A stretch of 63,121 nucleotides of DNA, counting the filler, from Olpidium bornovanus S191 (Eukaryota; Fungi; Olpidiomycota), in the NCBI GenBank assembly GCA_017911155.1. It is 29 parts of 29 records of this genome, joined end to end, with 100 filler letters (N's around TTAATTAATTAA, not from the genome) between each part and the next. Parts side by side here need not be neighbours in the genome. Positions count along the whole stretch, not along the records: positions 34,379 to 36,894 come from JAEFCI010006266.1; positions 36,995 to 38,682 come from JAEFCI010008122.1; positions 38,783 to 40,064 come from JAEFCI010000137.1; positions 40,165 to 43,677 come from JAEFCI010001160.1; positions 43,778 to 45,678 come from JAEFCI010009876.1; positions 45,779 to 47,637 come from JAEFCI010006764.1; 23 more parts are not named here. One strand, 5' to 3'. The position numbers were made by a program, and so were the translations under genes. The notes beneath the pieces are model-generated. The model saw only the letters and a program-made list of their open reading frames with translations, made no database searches and had not been told where the DNA came from. Numbering within the stretch: position 1 is the stretch's first letter; each line of letters begins with the position of its first letter. Below, piece after piece: positions 34,470 through 47,099 of the stretch.

Positions 34470-36395
34470 GCGCTGTGCTTGAAAAGACGAAGCTCATGAA
34501 GAGCAGTCCGATTATGAATATGAAGATGCCGATCAGGACGGCGAGCCTCGCTTGCCGCACGACGGCGGTGATGGCGAACGCGGCGGAGACCATGCCCATG
34601 CCGAACAGCACGAACGTGATCCAGCTGATCATGAAGTTGGTGTCGGTGAAGACCGAGAAACGGAATATCTGCCCCAGGACGCACGTCACGAGGGAGCACA
34701 GTACAACAAGTATGAAGTTGGAGATGTACCTGCCGGGAGAGGAGAAGTCACCCCCCCCACCCACCCACCCACACACACACACACGCACGCACGCACGCAC
34801 CGCACCCGTAACACGCAGCGGGTCAGGTTTCAAAAGCAGAAAACAGAAAAGAAAAATGCGACCGTGGCGAGCGACGGGACGGAAGACTTTACCAGCCGAT
34901 CCAGTACGCCAGCGGTTGCAATCCCATCATTTCCATCCCGTGTTTCAAGTGCAGCTCTTTCTCGTTAACGATCGTGTTGAGGACGTTAATGAAAATAATC
35001 ATCTGGCGGAATGGGCGATTTTTAGAAGAATCGCACGCGAAGCCATTCCTTTTTTTTCCCTATTTTTTTTCTGTCGTTGTTCCACAGTGGGGCTACGATT
35101 CACCTCTGAACAAAAAAAGAACATTGCTCCCATACGACTGACGATGGTGTCGCCTGATCACAACGCACGGCACAATAGAAAAAAACGTGTCCGACATTAG
35201 AAACCAAAAAACGCCAAGAAATAAGATCACTTAAAAACCGGAAATACCCGCGGCGGAATACTTGCCGAGCGTAGCAGGGGGCACCAGCGGCCAATCCTTC
35301 ACGCTGAGTGTCACGTTGGTTGCGGTCAAAGCGGAAGGGTCGTTGTAGAACGTGACGATCGCCTCGTCCAACGTGCGAACCAGGCTAATGACCTCTAGGC
35401 CGAAAATGTCCCCCGCCGCGCTGTTACCGCTGACAGTCGAATTCGTCCATATTTCGTACTGGACGTTCGTCGGGGAGTCCGTAAACTGGAACTGCAAATC
35501 GAAACCTGTTTGTCAGCCCGTTTTTCGGGCCGCACGTGTCGCCGGCGGACGGGAGGCCGCGCGCGCGGGTGCGGCCGTCGCGCAAAGCGCGAAGCTCTTA
35601 ACCGCACAAACCTCTACTGCAAATTTCGTGACGTTGGGGTTCTGGAGGGCGTAGTTGTATATAAACTCGGCGTTTGCGACGGGTACCATTCCGAGAACCC
35701 CGCTGGGACGGGCGTTTATGTCGGCTTGTGACGCAGCGGGTAAAAAAAAAATGGAGAAAAAAACAAATAAGATGGTTGTCAAAGGTCAAACGCGCGAGAG
35801 GGGGGAAGACGCAGACAGCCCCTCTTCCCCCCCCCCTTCCCCCCTCCAGGAGGACACCCTTTGACGCGCAGCTGCCTGCGTACTGTATTGCTTTTCCAGT
35901 TTCCAAACGTTTCCAGTTCTCTGACCGTTGTACGTCGCGAAGTTTCTCATGATATTGACGGCCCGGTCCTCCGGCGGAGCGAACATGAGAGATATGCAAG
36001 GCTTTCCTCTGGCGGTCCCCCAGCACGTCTGGACGCCGTCGACGGGGTACGCCGTCGGGTGGTAGTTCGCCCTCGACAGCATCACGTTGTTTGCGCTTTG
36101 GAGTATCCACAAGAGGAAGAAGAAAACGAGGGGCCCAAGGAGCACCTGAGCAAAGGTCGACCTCCTGTAGCGCAGCTGCGCGCCCCGCGTGTGTGGGGAA
36201 GATGGAGAAGAGGAGGGGGGGGGGGATGGAAAAGCGCGGGCTTCTGTGAACTGCGCGGCCGGCGGGCGGAGCGCAACGCGAACGCGAAAAGCGGTTCGCC
36301 GATCTCACCTGCAGGACCGTGTTGCGCTTTAGCATTATCCATAGTTGGAAGAAAAATGTTCGTACGGTTTTTGGGATCTTTTCCTCTATCCCCAT
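34470..36395 (-). CDS. ABC transporter subfamily A, N-terminal part, multi-exon, 3' truncated
   Basis: FFFQLWIMLKRNTVLQVR N-terminal motif, first TM helix, large extracellular loop, and TM block YISNFILVVL..FVLFGMGMVSAAFAITAVVRQARLA. Confidence 0.85.
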
Positions 36396-36994
36396 CGCGG
36401 CGGAAATCTCCCCAAAAAAACGAATTAAAAAAATTACGAAAAGAACCCGGAGGACTGATCTGCGAACGCCGGGGGGGGGGGAGGGAGGGAGGGAGGGGAG
36501 GGCGAGAAGAAGTAATTTGGAGAGTGCGCGGGTTGCTTCTATTTTTTATATTTTTTATTTTCTTTTTTTCTTTTTTTTTTTGTTTGCGGCCAGCTGAGTT
36601 TGGACGCGTGGAAGAGCGGGGGGGCCCTGAGTCGCGTCGCTGTTGTTTTCGCCCCTCTTCCCCTTCCCCTCGAAATCCGTCCGCCGCGATCAAAAAAATG
36701 AAATTGCATCCTTGGGGGATCGGTTGCCCTGGAGACGGGAAACCATTTCGACGAAAACGGCACTCGGTCGAATTACTGCGGTACCTTGCAGACCTGAGAT
36801 GCTGAAAGAGGGGGGGAAGCACTACAGGAACGTCGAACCCCCCCCCCCCCCCCCCCCCCGGCGGTCCCCCGGCCGCCCCCCCCCCCCCCCCCCCNNNNNN
36901 NNNNNNNNNNNNNNNNNNNNNNNNNNNNNNNNNNNNNNTTAATTAATTAANNNNNNNNNNNNNNNNNNNNNNNNNNNNNNNNNNNNNNNNNNNN

Positions 36995-37147
36995 CATGAT
37001 ACTTGCTTGGCCCGTGAGACGGTTTGTGGCCATTGCCAGCTCGTCTTTCTCGTCCAGGCCTGCTCGTTCAAATGCGGATTCCAGCTTGGCAATGAAGTTT
37101 GCGAGGTCTGTTGCTCCGCCTGTGCCGGAAAAGGTTGGGAGTGCCGC
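36995..37147 (-). mobile_element. Ty3/gypsy Gag fragment
   Basis: LPTFSGTGGATDLANFIAKLESAFERAGLDEKDELAMATNRLTGQASIM, a retrotransposon-gag-like pattern homologous to IPKYDGKGG at ~46040. Confidence 0.6.
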
Positions 37148-37362
37148 TGTCGGCGCCCAAAATGGCCTTGGCGGGCATCGACCCCGACTTTGATTACTCT
37201 AGCTTCGAACCCCGTTTCCTCGATTTCGCTCGTTTTGCATTATTTCGTTCGTTTGCATTGTTTCGTTCGTTTTGCATTGTCATTTTGCATTGCGGGGGGC
37301 GGGGGGAAAATGCGAAAGGGGGCGCGTGAAAAGGGCGGGGGGGGGGGGGGGGGAGGGGGGTG

Positions 37363-37436
<74 letters not shown>

Positions 37437-39055
37437 CGGGTTCTCTGGCGGCGGCGTTAAGTCCCTTTGCCGGCCTGCGAAAAGACGGGGAAGCAGAAAC
37501 AACTTGCGGAGTTCGATTCCTCCTGTACCGCCCGCACCTGTTCTGCCGAACGGGGTAAGTCCCGTGAATATTTTTTTTTCCCGCCGCTTTTATCCCCTTT
37601 TTCCCCCACGACGGCCCGACGAATTAAAATCAGAGCCGGTTTTACACGGCGGTGGAACTTGGGTTTCGATGCCCAAAAATTCGATTGGGGTTTGTCCGCC
37701 TGTCACAGACTTATATCTGTCTACCCGTCGGGGCTCTCCCCCCCCCAGTCAGAGTCCGCCCCCCCCCCCCCAGTCAGAGTCCAGGCATTCTGACGGTTGA
37801 AGTCGCAGCCCTGCGGCACGCCTTTTTTTTTTTTTTTTTCTTTTCTTTTTTTCTTGATTTTTTCTCTCGTTTTATTCGGTGTTCGCGTGTCCGGTTTCTT
37901 GATACCCGCGCCGCTGGGCGGCCATCAAAATTGATAATTCATAAAACAGTTTCCACCTCCCCCCTCCCACATTTCCCCCAACCGACACAACAAAGAATCG
38001 CCGGCGACCGCCTGGCCTAAAAGGAAAATTATTGTGCCGTGGAAAACCGAGGGGGGGAGGGGGGTTAACGAGATTTTGCGCTTAACGATGTTGAAGGGAT
38101 CCGAAGGACATTGCGCGCATAAAAAAAAGGACAAAAACAGAAGTAAACACAGGAACTGGGGGGCGGCGCTGGATGGGGAGAGGGAGGAAGGGAAAGAAGG
38201 GGGGGGGGGGGGGGGGGGGGGGGGAACGGGAGGGGGAGAAGGACGGAAAAGGACAAGCGTTCCGGAAGGGTCAGCAAGGGGAAGCGACGGAGTACATTTT
38301 GTGTGCTTTTCTCCCAAATGTTTCGGAAATAAAGGGGGGGGGGGGGAAGGGGGGCGTTAAACGAAAAAAAAAAAAGGAATTCGCTTTTTCGGTTTTCGTT
38401 TTCTTTTCTTTTCTTTTCTTTTTCTTTATTCTTTATTCTTTTTTTTCTTTTTTTTTGCTCCTAACTTGCTGTTGTAACAGTGGTAGATAGAGGAAACACG
38501 TGTCGAGCTGCCGTTTGGATGCGGGCCAAAAACTTGAGGGTTTGATAAGAAATCAGCGAAATGCCCTGGAGCAAAACAGACCAGGGAGGGGCACGGAACT
38601 GTTTTCCCGGCTTCACTCGGCCGGCCCGAAGAACAGCTCGTTCAGCGACGAAGGCAGCAGGCCCTCTGACCCGAGGTCCATGNNNNNNNNNNNNNNNNNN
38701 NNNNNNNNNNNNNNNNNNNNNNNNNNTTAATTAATTAANNNNNNNNNNNNNNNNNNNNNNNNNNNNNNNNNNNNNNNNNNNNCCCACCCCCTACCCCACC
38801 CCGCCCTTGACCCCAAAGAGAGGAACGAAAAAGAAAGAAAGGGCGTGATCGAGGCGCTTTGGAATTCCGCTTTGTCAATTCTTTTTTTTTTCGTTTTTTT
38901 TAAAAACCGGGGGTTGCGTCCAGCGTCAAAACCTCCCCCCCCCCCCCCCCCCCGGGGCCCCCCCCCCCCCCCGCCCGCCCGCCCGCCGGAAAGCGAGGGC
39001 CGCAAAACGAAGCGCCGTGCGCCTGCGAGGTCGCGCGTGCCTCTCTGTGTGTGTG

Positions 39056-39087
<32 letters not shown>

Positions 39088-40008
39088 TCTCTCTCTCTGT
39101 GCTATCGTTGTCTGTTCTTTCTCCCTTTCTCGCTCGCTTTCTCTCTTTATTCCTCTGCACGCTCGTTTCGCCATCTGAGCAGAGCGCGCGCAAATTTGAA
39201 AGCCACCGCACGATATTATTATTATTATTACGACTAAAAAGTTAAAATCCCCCAAACTCCCTGGCTCGAATTCTGCTTGGCCGGCCAGAGAGAGAAAGAG
39301 AGAGAGAGAGAGGAAAAGATATTTCGAAAGAAAGAAAGAGAGAAAGAGAGATATATGAGGGGAGACGCAACATTTCCTTTTTGTCGGATGACGTTGCACG
39401 CAGGGCCCCCCTATCCGCCCGTTTACCCCCCCCCCCCTTTCATCGGAAGAGCGTGGCAAGTGAAGAATCACCGAGCGACGACGGGCGGTGATGATGACTG
39501 TACGCCCCTCGAGAGAGAGACAGAGAGAGACGAGAGACGAGGGACGAGAGAGACATGAGAGAGCTGTGAAGGAGGAAGTGGGAGGGAAGGGAATGGGGAG
39601 AGAGGGTGGGAAGAGTCCACACTTTTCTCTGTGTCCTTTTCACACACTCTGGAATGTGTAAAAAAAAAAATCAAACTTTACTTTCTCCTTCCCTCTCCCC
39701 CGTCATGGGCAAGTCCCCTCCCGCGCTCTCCTCCCCTTCTCCCCCTCCACCCCAACAAAAAAAAAACTCACAGGCGAAAAACGCCTTCCGGCAATACAAA
39801 AAAGGAGAAGTTCCTATATTAACACACGATGTCGGCCAGGAAAGTCTCCGACGCGCACCGGGAGGGTGTCACGACAGAGCACCACGACTGGACCCTGCTT
39901 AAGTGCGGCCTGCTCGTCTCAGACCAGCACGTCATCGTAATGTACGCCACGCGCCGGTAGACGCCGGAGACGCTGCCGCTCCTCACCCCCGCTCCCCGTC
40001 GCCCCTGG

Positions 40009-40064
<56 letters not shown>

Positions 40065-40164
40065 NNNNNNNNNNNNNNNNNNNNNNNNNNNNNNNNNNNN
40101 NNNNNNNNTTAATTAATTAANNNNNNNNNNNNNNNNNNNNNNNNNNNNNNNNNNNNNNNNNNNN

Positions 40165-43100
40165 CATGGACCATCGACGGTCGTAGTCCTTGTCATCAAG
40201 TTTGGAGTTGGATGACAAATGTTTAAGGCCCGCATTCTTCGCCGCAGAGCCTGCAGTTGTCCCTTTCCCAGGCGTGTCCGATTTCGGTAATGAGGATACA
40301 CCTGCGTGTTCGGTCACTGCCGCAGCCACAGGTGCCGCCGTGACGCCACCGGCAGTTGCCCCTTCCCCAAGAGTGTCCAATTCGGGTGGTAACAGTATAT
40401 CCGTCTGCTTGGTCGATGCTCCAGACGCCAGTGCCGGCATGGCAACGCCGGCAGTTGTCCCTTGTCTAGGCGTGTCCAATTCGTGTAGTGGGGATACATC
40501 AGCGTGGTCGGTCGATGCCGCAGCCACCGGTCCCGGCATGGCACCGCCGGCAGTAGTCCCTTCCCTAGGCGTGTCCAATTTGGGTGGTGACGGTACTTCC
40601 GTCTGTTCGGTTGGCGTGCCAGCCGCCGCTGCCGGCATGGCAACGCCGGCAGTTGTCCCTTCCCCTGGCGTGTCCAATTTGGGCCGTGCCGGTGCATCCG
40701 CGTATTCGGCCGTTGCCGCAGCCACCGGTTCCGGCAAGGAATCGCCGGCAGTTGTCGCTTCCCCAGGGACTTCCAATTTGGTTGCCGACGGTACTTCCGT
40801 CTGTTCGATTGATGTGCCGGCCGCCAGTGCCAATGTGGCAAAGCCGGTAGTTCTCCCTTCCCGAAACTTGTCCAATTTGGGTGGTGGTAATACATCTGTG
40901 TGCTCAGTTGACGCGGCAGCCACCGGTACCGACATGGCTCTGTCCGCAGTTCTGCCTTCCTCAAGCTCGTTCGATTTAAGCGGCAGCGGTCCGTCGGCGT
41001 GTACTGTTGATGCAGCAGCCCAGGGTTCCCCAGCAAGGTCGCGACTAAGTGGTAAAGGTTTCAACCTTTCGGAAGGTTCCGGGGCTGCAGGCGCTGCGCT
41101 GTCAATGCCGTGCATACCTTCTTCGCTCCTCCCCTTACCCCGCCCGGTGGGCTGGGTTAGTTCTGTGCGTGACGGGTGACCACCTTCGTCTGCCACGGCG
41201 GGGGATTCACCATATTCCGCCGCAGCAGCCACCCCCCTTGCCGAATTCGCGGCTGTTTCCTTGCCGGGCGCAGTTGCAAACACCTGCGGTGCTGGGGTGG
41301 CGTCCCAAACGTCGGCGGTCTCGGTGTTTTCGCTCGCAGTATTGCTCGACTTCCACGGGTCGATTTCCCAGGAAGGCGCCACAGGCGGGGCTCCCCAACC
41401 TTCATCGTTCGTAGAAAAAGCGGACGTGGGTCGACAGGTCCACCCATTATTCATGGTTTTTCCCCCCCCGTCCACAGCGGGAATTGGTGCAGTCTGTCGG
41501 CGCACAGATGGTACGGGGGATTGCTGCTTCTTCAATTCTGCCGGGGCGCCCGCGGTGGGCCTCTGCAAAGCCAATAAGGACGTTCGATGGGTCGCCAAAT
41601 TATGGGCATCTCCAGCTTTGAATGTTGCCGCCTGAGCTGAAAAAGGAAACGACGGCTTAGATTTTGAAGGCGAATTTTGGATATCTGCGCCTTCTGCCAA
41701 ATATTCCTTCGCTTTAACGTCCTGTGTGGTCCGCTAAGTCAGCGCTTTTGCGGAATAATATATACACAGCGTTCGCAGGTCAAGTCTTTACCAAGGGCGT
41801 TTGCACGCACCTCTCTCAGCCGCGTGCTTTCCGGGACGCTCTGATACTCTTCTACGCCAAAAGCAGGCGGCCGGTCCGTGTTCAATGCGGCCTCGGTAAA
41901 AACAGGTGCGGGAGCGCACACAGGTGTCTTCAGACTACAGCCTAGTTTGGAATAAACTACCCTGTGAGCAGCGCGGCTAACGTCGCCCAATAACTATCTA
42001 CAGCAGGATCATTCCACAGTCACCAGAGACGGAGACGAATTCCGGCGCCAGTGCCGAAAGCCTTTTTGGCGTGGTCCCTGTTGTCAAAATGAAGGCGCGT
42101 TCGGTAAACCTCGGCGCGCACGCCTTCCAGCAGATTAAGCGCTTTCGATAGCCCGCCAACCCACGTTCAGTCCCGCCACCTGCGACCGCGGCACAAGGAT
42201 AATTCGGCAAAGCTTATCTAATTAACACCATCGGCATATCCGCTAACTTGGAGCAACAGCAACTTACTCCGGGATGTGCCGTCCTGGTTTCGGTCAATGC
42301 CCGGAATTACTTTGCTCAAAGGCGTGCTCACGCCCGGGGATGGCCTGGAGGGCGAAACTAGCGTGGCAGGTGGTGGTAATGAAACAAGGTGGGGGCCGAA
42401 TAGAGGTCAAGCACGATCTACTCCGAAGCGGCTTGTTCCTAACGCGACGGTTCGCCCCCTCACCGACAGTGGTTCCGTCCGGCTTCCGAAGAACGACCGG
42501 CGTCCTCTTCGGGTACTCAAACAGATTAACTTCAATCTCCTCCACATCCTCGTCATCGGACAGGTCTACATCGTGGTTGCTGCTCGGGGTGTACGCGACC
42601 GAGACGGCGGAACTCGAAGCTACCGATCGCGGTGCCGGAGAGTTCGGCACCGGGTTGGCGAAATTCTCACTGGCCCCTAAGGCGAACGCGGGGAAGAACG
42701 GCGGAGCAGATCCCCTTATGGACGGGGTGAACGACGACGCGCCGGGCGCAAGCGGCGAGGGCACGACTTGACCAGGTTTGGGGAGCGGGGGCGGTCGAAC
42801 GTTGGCGAACGGAACGGATTGCTGCTGCTGCTGCTGCTGCTGCAGCTGCTGCTGCTGCTGCTGCTGCTGGTAGAGCTGCGGGGGCTGCTGGAGCTGCTGG
42901 AGGCGTTGATGCTGAGACGGTTGGTTGTACAGGAGCATCTGGGTCCGCTGGTGAGCGTACTGCTGCGGCATAAGCGGCGAGTGAGGATGTTGCGTGAACG
43001 CGAGCGTCGAGGGCGGCTGCCGCTGCGGCTGAGGTAGCGGACAGTGCCCTGCGGCCACGTCGGGCGCCACCAACGTCCCCTGGCTTAGATGCGCCGCAGC

Positions 43101-43250
43101 CGGCGTCGCCGAGAAATCTGGCAGGGCCGAGGGGGGCACCGCAATCGGAAGGTAGTTGACACCGTCAAAGAACACGGTCTGGGTGTAGGGGAAGAACTCA
43201 TAAAGCCCAGGCTCCGCGGGCATCTCGCCAGGCGCGAGCCTCTTCCTGGT
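40165..43250 (-). CDS. Large low-complexity protein: Q-rich region, PAM2-like motifs and eight 32-34-aa repeats; both ends truncated
   Basis: ORFs 42294-43277, 41998-42210 and 40117-41700 can be joined through plausible GT-AG sites with consistent phase 1 at the last two junctions. Confidence 0.65.
40230..41050 (-). repeat. Coding tandem repeat with 198-bp higher-order period (A/B dimer of 34+32 aa)
   Basis: GCAGCCAC(C/A)GGT recurs at ~40322, 40520, 40718 and 40916. Protein unit is roughly PVAAASTEH.DV..PKLDTP.EGTTAG. Confidence 0.9.
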
Positions 43251-43319
43251 AACTTGCATAGTCAAACCCCTCACCAAGAGCGCAGGAAGTAAAAAGTGCG
43301 GGACGGGGGGGGGGGGGGG

Positions 43320-43350
<31 letters not shown>

Positions 43351-43641
43351 AAAAAAATTTGCGCGGCCGTTTCCGCTGGGAAGAGAGCTCGTTCGTTCTC
43401 CTCGCCGTTTTCGCCGCAGAGTTGGTTCCCCGCCCGGCCACCTCCGAGCCAACGCGGCGCGTCAGCCGCGAAACGGGCTGTGTTTTTCCGCCGACCGCCG
43501 CCGAGCTTTTCGAAACAGGCCCTGCGACGCCGGGGCGGGGCGGGGTGGGGGGGGTGGGGGTGGTGTGGGGAGGGACGGGAGAGGGTGGCGGGGTGGGCCA
43601 GGGAAAGAGAGGGACGGATCGAGTGCAGCCCGGCCCCGTCA

Positions 43642-43677
<36 letters not shown>

Positions 43678-43777
43678 NNNNNNNNNNNNNNNNNNNNNNN
43701 NNNNNNNNNNNNNNNNNNNNNTTAATTAATTAANNNNNNNNNNNNNNNNNNNNNNNNNNNNNNNNNNNNNNNNNNNN

Positions 43778-45678
43778 TCATGAGCGTGTTGCAGTTTCCG
43801 CCCAGAGCATCCCGCAGGACGTTGGAGAGCTTGGACTGCCGGTACGGGACGTGATCGCTGCCATCGGGTGCGCGCGCGCGTGTGTGGGGAGGCGGAAACT
43901 GGATCAAACCCCCGCGGGCTACGCCCGGCCTGGCCCGGCCCGCCTCCGGCAACCTTGGGCCGCTCACCGTCGCTTGTCCGCCAGGGCGATGATGACCTGT
44001 TCCAGGAACGTCAGGGACTTGTTGATATCTGCGGCCGGGAAAACGCGATCGGAGGGGAAAAAAAAAAAAACAAAAAAAAACAAAATATGAAATAAAAAAT
44101 ATTACCGGTGGGCGGGAGGGGAGTGCGGTGGGGACAAATCCGGGGAACTCGTTTAACCGCCGGGCACTCGCGAGATCCACCTGCTCCTTTTTCACGAATC
44201 CGCCCGGTAAAAAGGGACCGGGAGGGAAGGGGTTGAAGGGGGGGGTGGTGGGCTGGGGGACGGCAGTCCCGGGTTTCCCGCGGACTCACACATGGCTTCC
44301 TTGAGCGTCACCCCGCTGGAGTTCGTCTTGCTGAGGCGCTCGGAGCCGGCGAGGTCGACCAGGTTCAGCTTGGAGTAGGTCACCTTCTCGGACGACTCCA
44401 CGCGCGAGCGCGACTCGACGTGAATGGTGAATACGCAGTGCGACCTAGAGAAAGAGAAAGGGAGGGAGAAGTCCGTGAGGTTTCCGCAGACTAAACCGGC
44501 AAAAACAAAAAAAAAAAAAAAAAAAAAAAAAGAAACCAAAGAAGCACAAACGCAGAACACAAAAACAAAAGCCAAGACAAAAAAATGAAAAACCAAAAAA
44601 CCAAAAAGCAAATTAAACAGAAAAAGAAAAACAAAAAAAAGCCCACAAAACAAAAGAAACGGCAAAACACAGCAAGAAAAAGACCAAGAAACAATCATTT
44701 TATAGTGATTTATACAGAAAAGAAAACAGAAAAAACACGAGAAAAACAAAGAAACGATAAAAAACAGACAAAACCACAAAAAACCAGCAGACATAAAAAA
44801 GGGTGGCGTGCAAACGTCGGCTTCTCCGGGAGGAGGCCTGCGCGCAAAATGTAAAATTCATTACCTTGTCGAGTTTTTGTTCATCAGGTGGTCGGCGATT
44901 GACCTGTTCGCCTCTCCCTCGAACAGGTAGTACAGCGCCTCTTCCTCGCTATTAGCGACGGCCACGACCTGGCCTTTGACGGTGGCGACGCCTGCAAAAA
45001 CGGCGTCGGACAAAAAAAAATAGAAAGCAAAAGAAACAAAGAAAATGAAATAAAAATTAGATGATAAAAAATAAGAAATTTGAAATATACGAAAATAATA
45101 AGCATGCGAAAATAAAAAACCAAAAAAAATAAAAAATAAAAAAATAAAAAAATAAAAAAAAAATAAAAAAAAATAAAAAATAAAACAATAAAACAAAAAC
45201 ATAAAAAATAAAAAATAAAAAATAAAAAATAAAAAATAAAAAATAGAAAAAATAAAAATAAAAAAAATAAAAAGATAAAAAATATGTAAATAAATAAAAA
45301 TAAAAAAAAAACAAAAAAAAATTAAAAAGTAAAAAATAAAGGAATAAAAAATAAAAACAATAAAGCATAAAAAATAAAAATTAAAATATATATATATAAA
45401 AATTAAAATAATATATATAAAAATTAAAAATAATATATATAAAAAAATAAAAAATATGTAAATAAATAAAAACATAAAAATAAAAAATAAAAAAATTGAA
45501 AATATGAAAAAGGAATAAAAAATCAAAAGGTAACATATGGTGAGAGATTTTTTTCCGCATGCGAACTGGCGCTTCAGACGTTATTTTTTTTCGTCCTTTT
45601 TTTTTCTTTTTTTTTCTTTTTTTTGCTTTTTTTTTTTACCGTTCTTGTCGTCCACTACAGTCAACCCGCCGTCCGGCA
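43778..45678 (-). CDS. KIF9: Kinesin-9 (KIF9-like) motor domain fragment, five exons
   Basis: EEEALYYLFEGEANRSIADHLMNKNSTR|SHCVFTIHVESRS..SKLNLVDLAGSERL..LKEAM|YINKSLTFLEQVIIALADKRR|DHVPYRQSKLSNVLRDALGGNCNT. INKSLxFLEQ and GGNCN fit KIF9 better than KIF6. Confidence 0.88.
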
Positions 45679-45807
45679 NNNNNNNNNNNNNNNNNNNNNN
45701 NNNNNNNNNNNNNNNNNNNNNNTTAATTAATTAANNNNNNNNNNNNNNNNNNNNNNNNNNNNNNNNNNNNNNNNNNNNAGCCCACCACACCGCGGGCGCC
45801 ACCACAT

Positions 45808-46008
45808 TGGTGGGCCCGCCCGTCTTGGTCTTGGTCTTGGTCTTGGTCTTGATCTGGAGGTCACGTGATGTCGCGGCTAGACACACTGGTGTGTCTAGTG
45901 GTCTCGGCGATTTCTGGTTCACGTGACCGTTGCCCGGCAGGCGCTTCCCATGAGGGGCTTGACGCGGCCTGAGGGGTTTGACGCCACCTTAGCGGGCGCG
46001 CCGTGACA
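45808..46008 (-). mobile_element. Putative 201-bp 5' LTR (TG...CA) followed by a PBS-like TGGTGGCGCCCG, inserted into gag
   Basis: Minus strand starts TGTCACGG at 46008 and ends CCCACCA at 45808. After a 3-nt spacer, TGG begins at 45804. Confidence 0.6.
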
Positions 46009-46374
46009 AAACAGCCGTAATGTAGCAGTGCCACCTTTCCCATCGTACTTGGGAATCTCGTTGAATATCACCTGCGAGGTCTTTTCTGATCGAAGACGAT
46101 AATCGCCAGAAGGAAGGCGGGAATGGATGGGGCGGTCCTGTTGCCCTTGTTGTTGTTGGTCAACATGGTCAAGGAAATCGCGATGAACACGTTGCTTATC
46201 CAACTGAGCTTGGGCCTCGAGAAGAGCGCGACGGAGAGAAACGACTTCATCTGTCGGCGGAGCGAGAGGGGATGGTGATTCTGGAACGTCGCGGTCAGGG
46301 CCATAACCAAAACGACCAGAGAAGATGGCCCCACGTTCAGGTTTGTTCTCAGTATCCGGATTTTCCAGAGGCAT
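46009..46374 (-). mobile_element. Ty3/gypsy Gag N-terminus, interrupted
   Basis: MPLENPDT..coiled coil..VIFNEIPKYDGKGGTATLRLF, then the LTR sequence begins. Confidence 0.6.
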
Positions 46375-47099
46375 TGTACGGGTGACTGTCGGAGATAACG
46401 GCGGGAACGGTGTCGGCGCCCAAATGGTTGCCGCTGGATCGACGCCTTGCTATTAAATAGAGTCCATCGATTTCCTTTCCCGTAGTGGGGGGGGGTCGAC
46501 TTGCTTAAATCGATCGGTTTCCTTTTGCTTAAATCGACCGCCTTTCCTTTCGCTTAAATCAATTGCTTTTCCCTTTCGATCCCTTTGTTTTGAATTTCCC
46601 CCCCCCTTTTTTTTCTTCTCCTTTTCTTCGTTCACGCTCCTACCACTTCGCGCAAAAATTCCCCCGACGCCAAAACGTAAAAAGAAACGAGAGCAGAGTC
46701 GAAATTGCCGTCGGGCATCCGGAGGAGAGAGGTCGGGGTCGAAAAGCCGCCGTCGGGCAGCTCGGAGTCGAAGGAGTTAAGTTTCAAGCGTTTTCCTGCG
46801 CCGTCGGGCCAGGAGTAGAAGCGTCCGTCCGCGTGCTGGTGCTTTTGCGTCCTTCGAAAGAGAAGCGTCCCGTCTCCCCTCGCCCTGCTCTTTCGCAACC
46901 CCCCCTCTGTTACGCGCAAGCCCCCGGCGGGTTCGGTTCCGCGACCTGCCATCCCATTCCCTGTCCCATCGATCGCCCTTCGCCTTACTCTCCCCGACGA
47001 CGAGAGGGCTCCATCAAGGCGTTTCGATCTCGACAACGGCGCTTGAGCGGGTGCGGGCGCAGCAGGCGCAATAAGCAAAAGCGCTTCCGACGAGTGAGC

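Noticed and set aside
44861-45526. 221-aa F/I/Y-rich membrane protein ORF
   Set aside because: It is the translation of a degenerate A/T intron within the kinesin gene.
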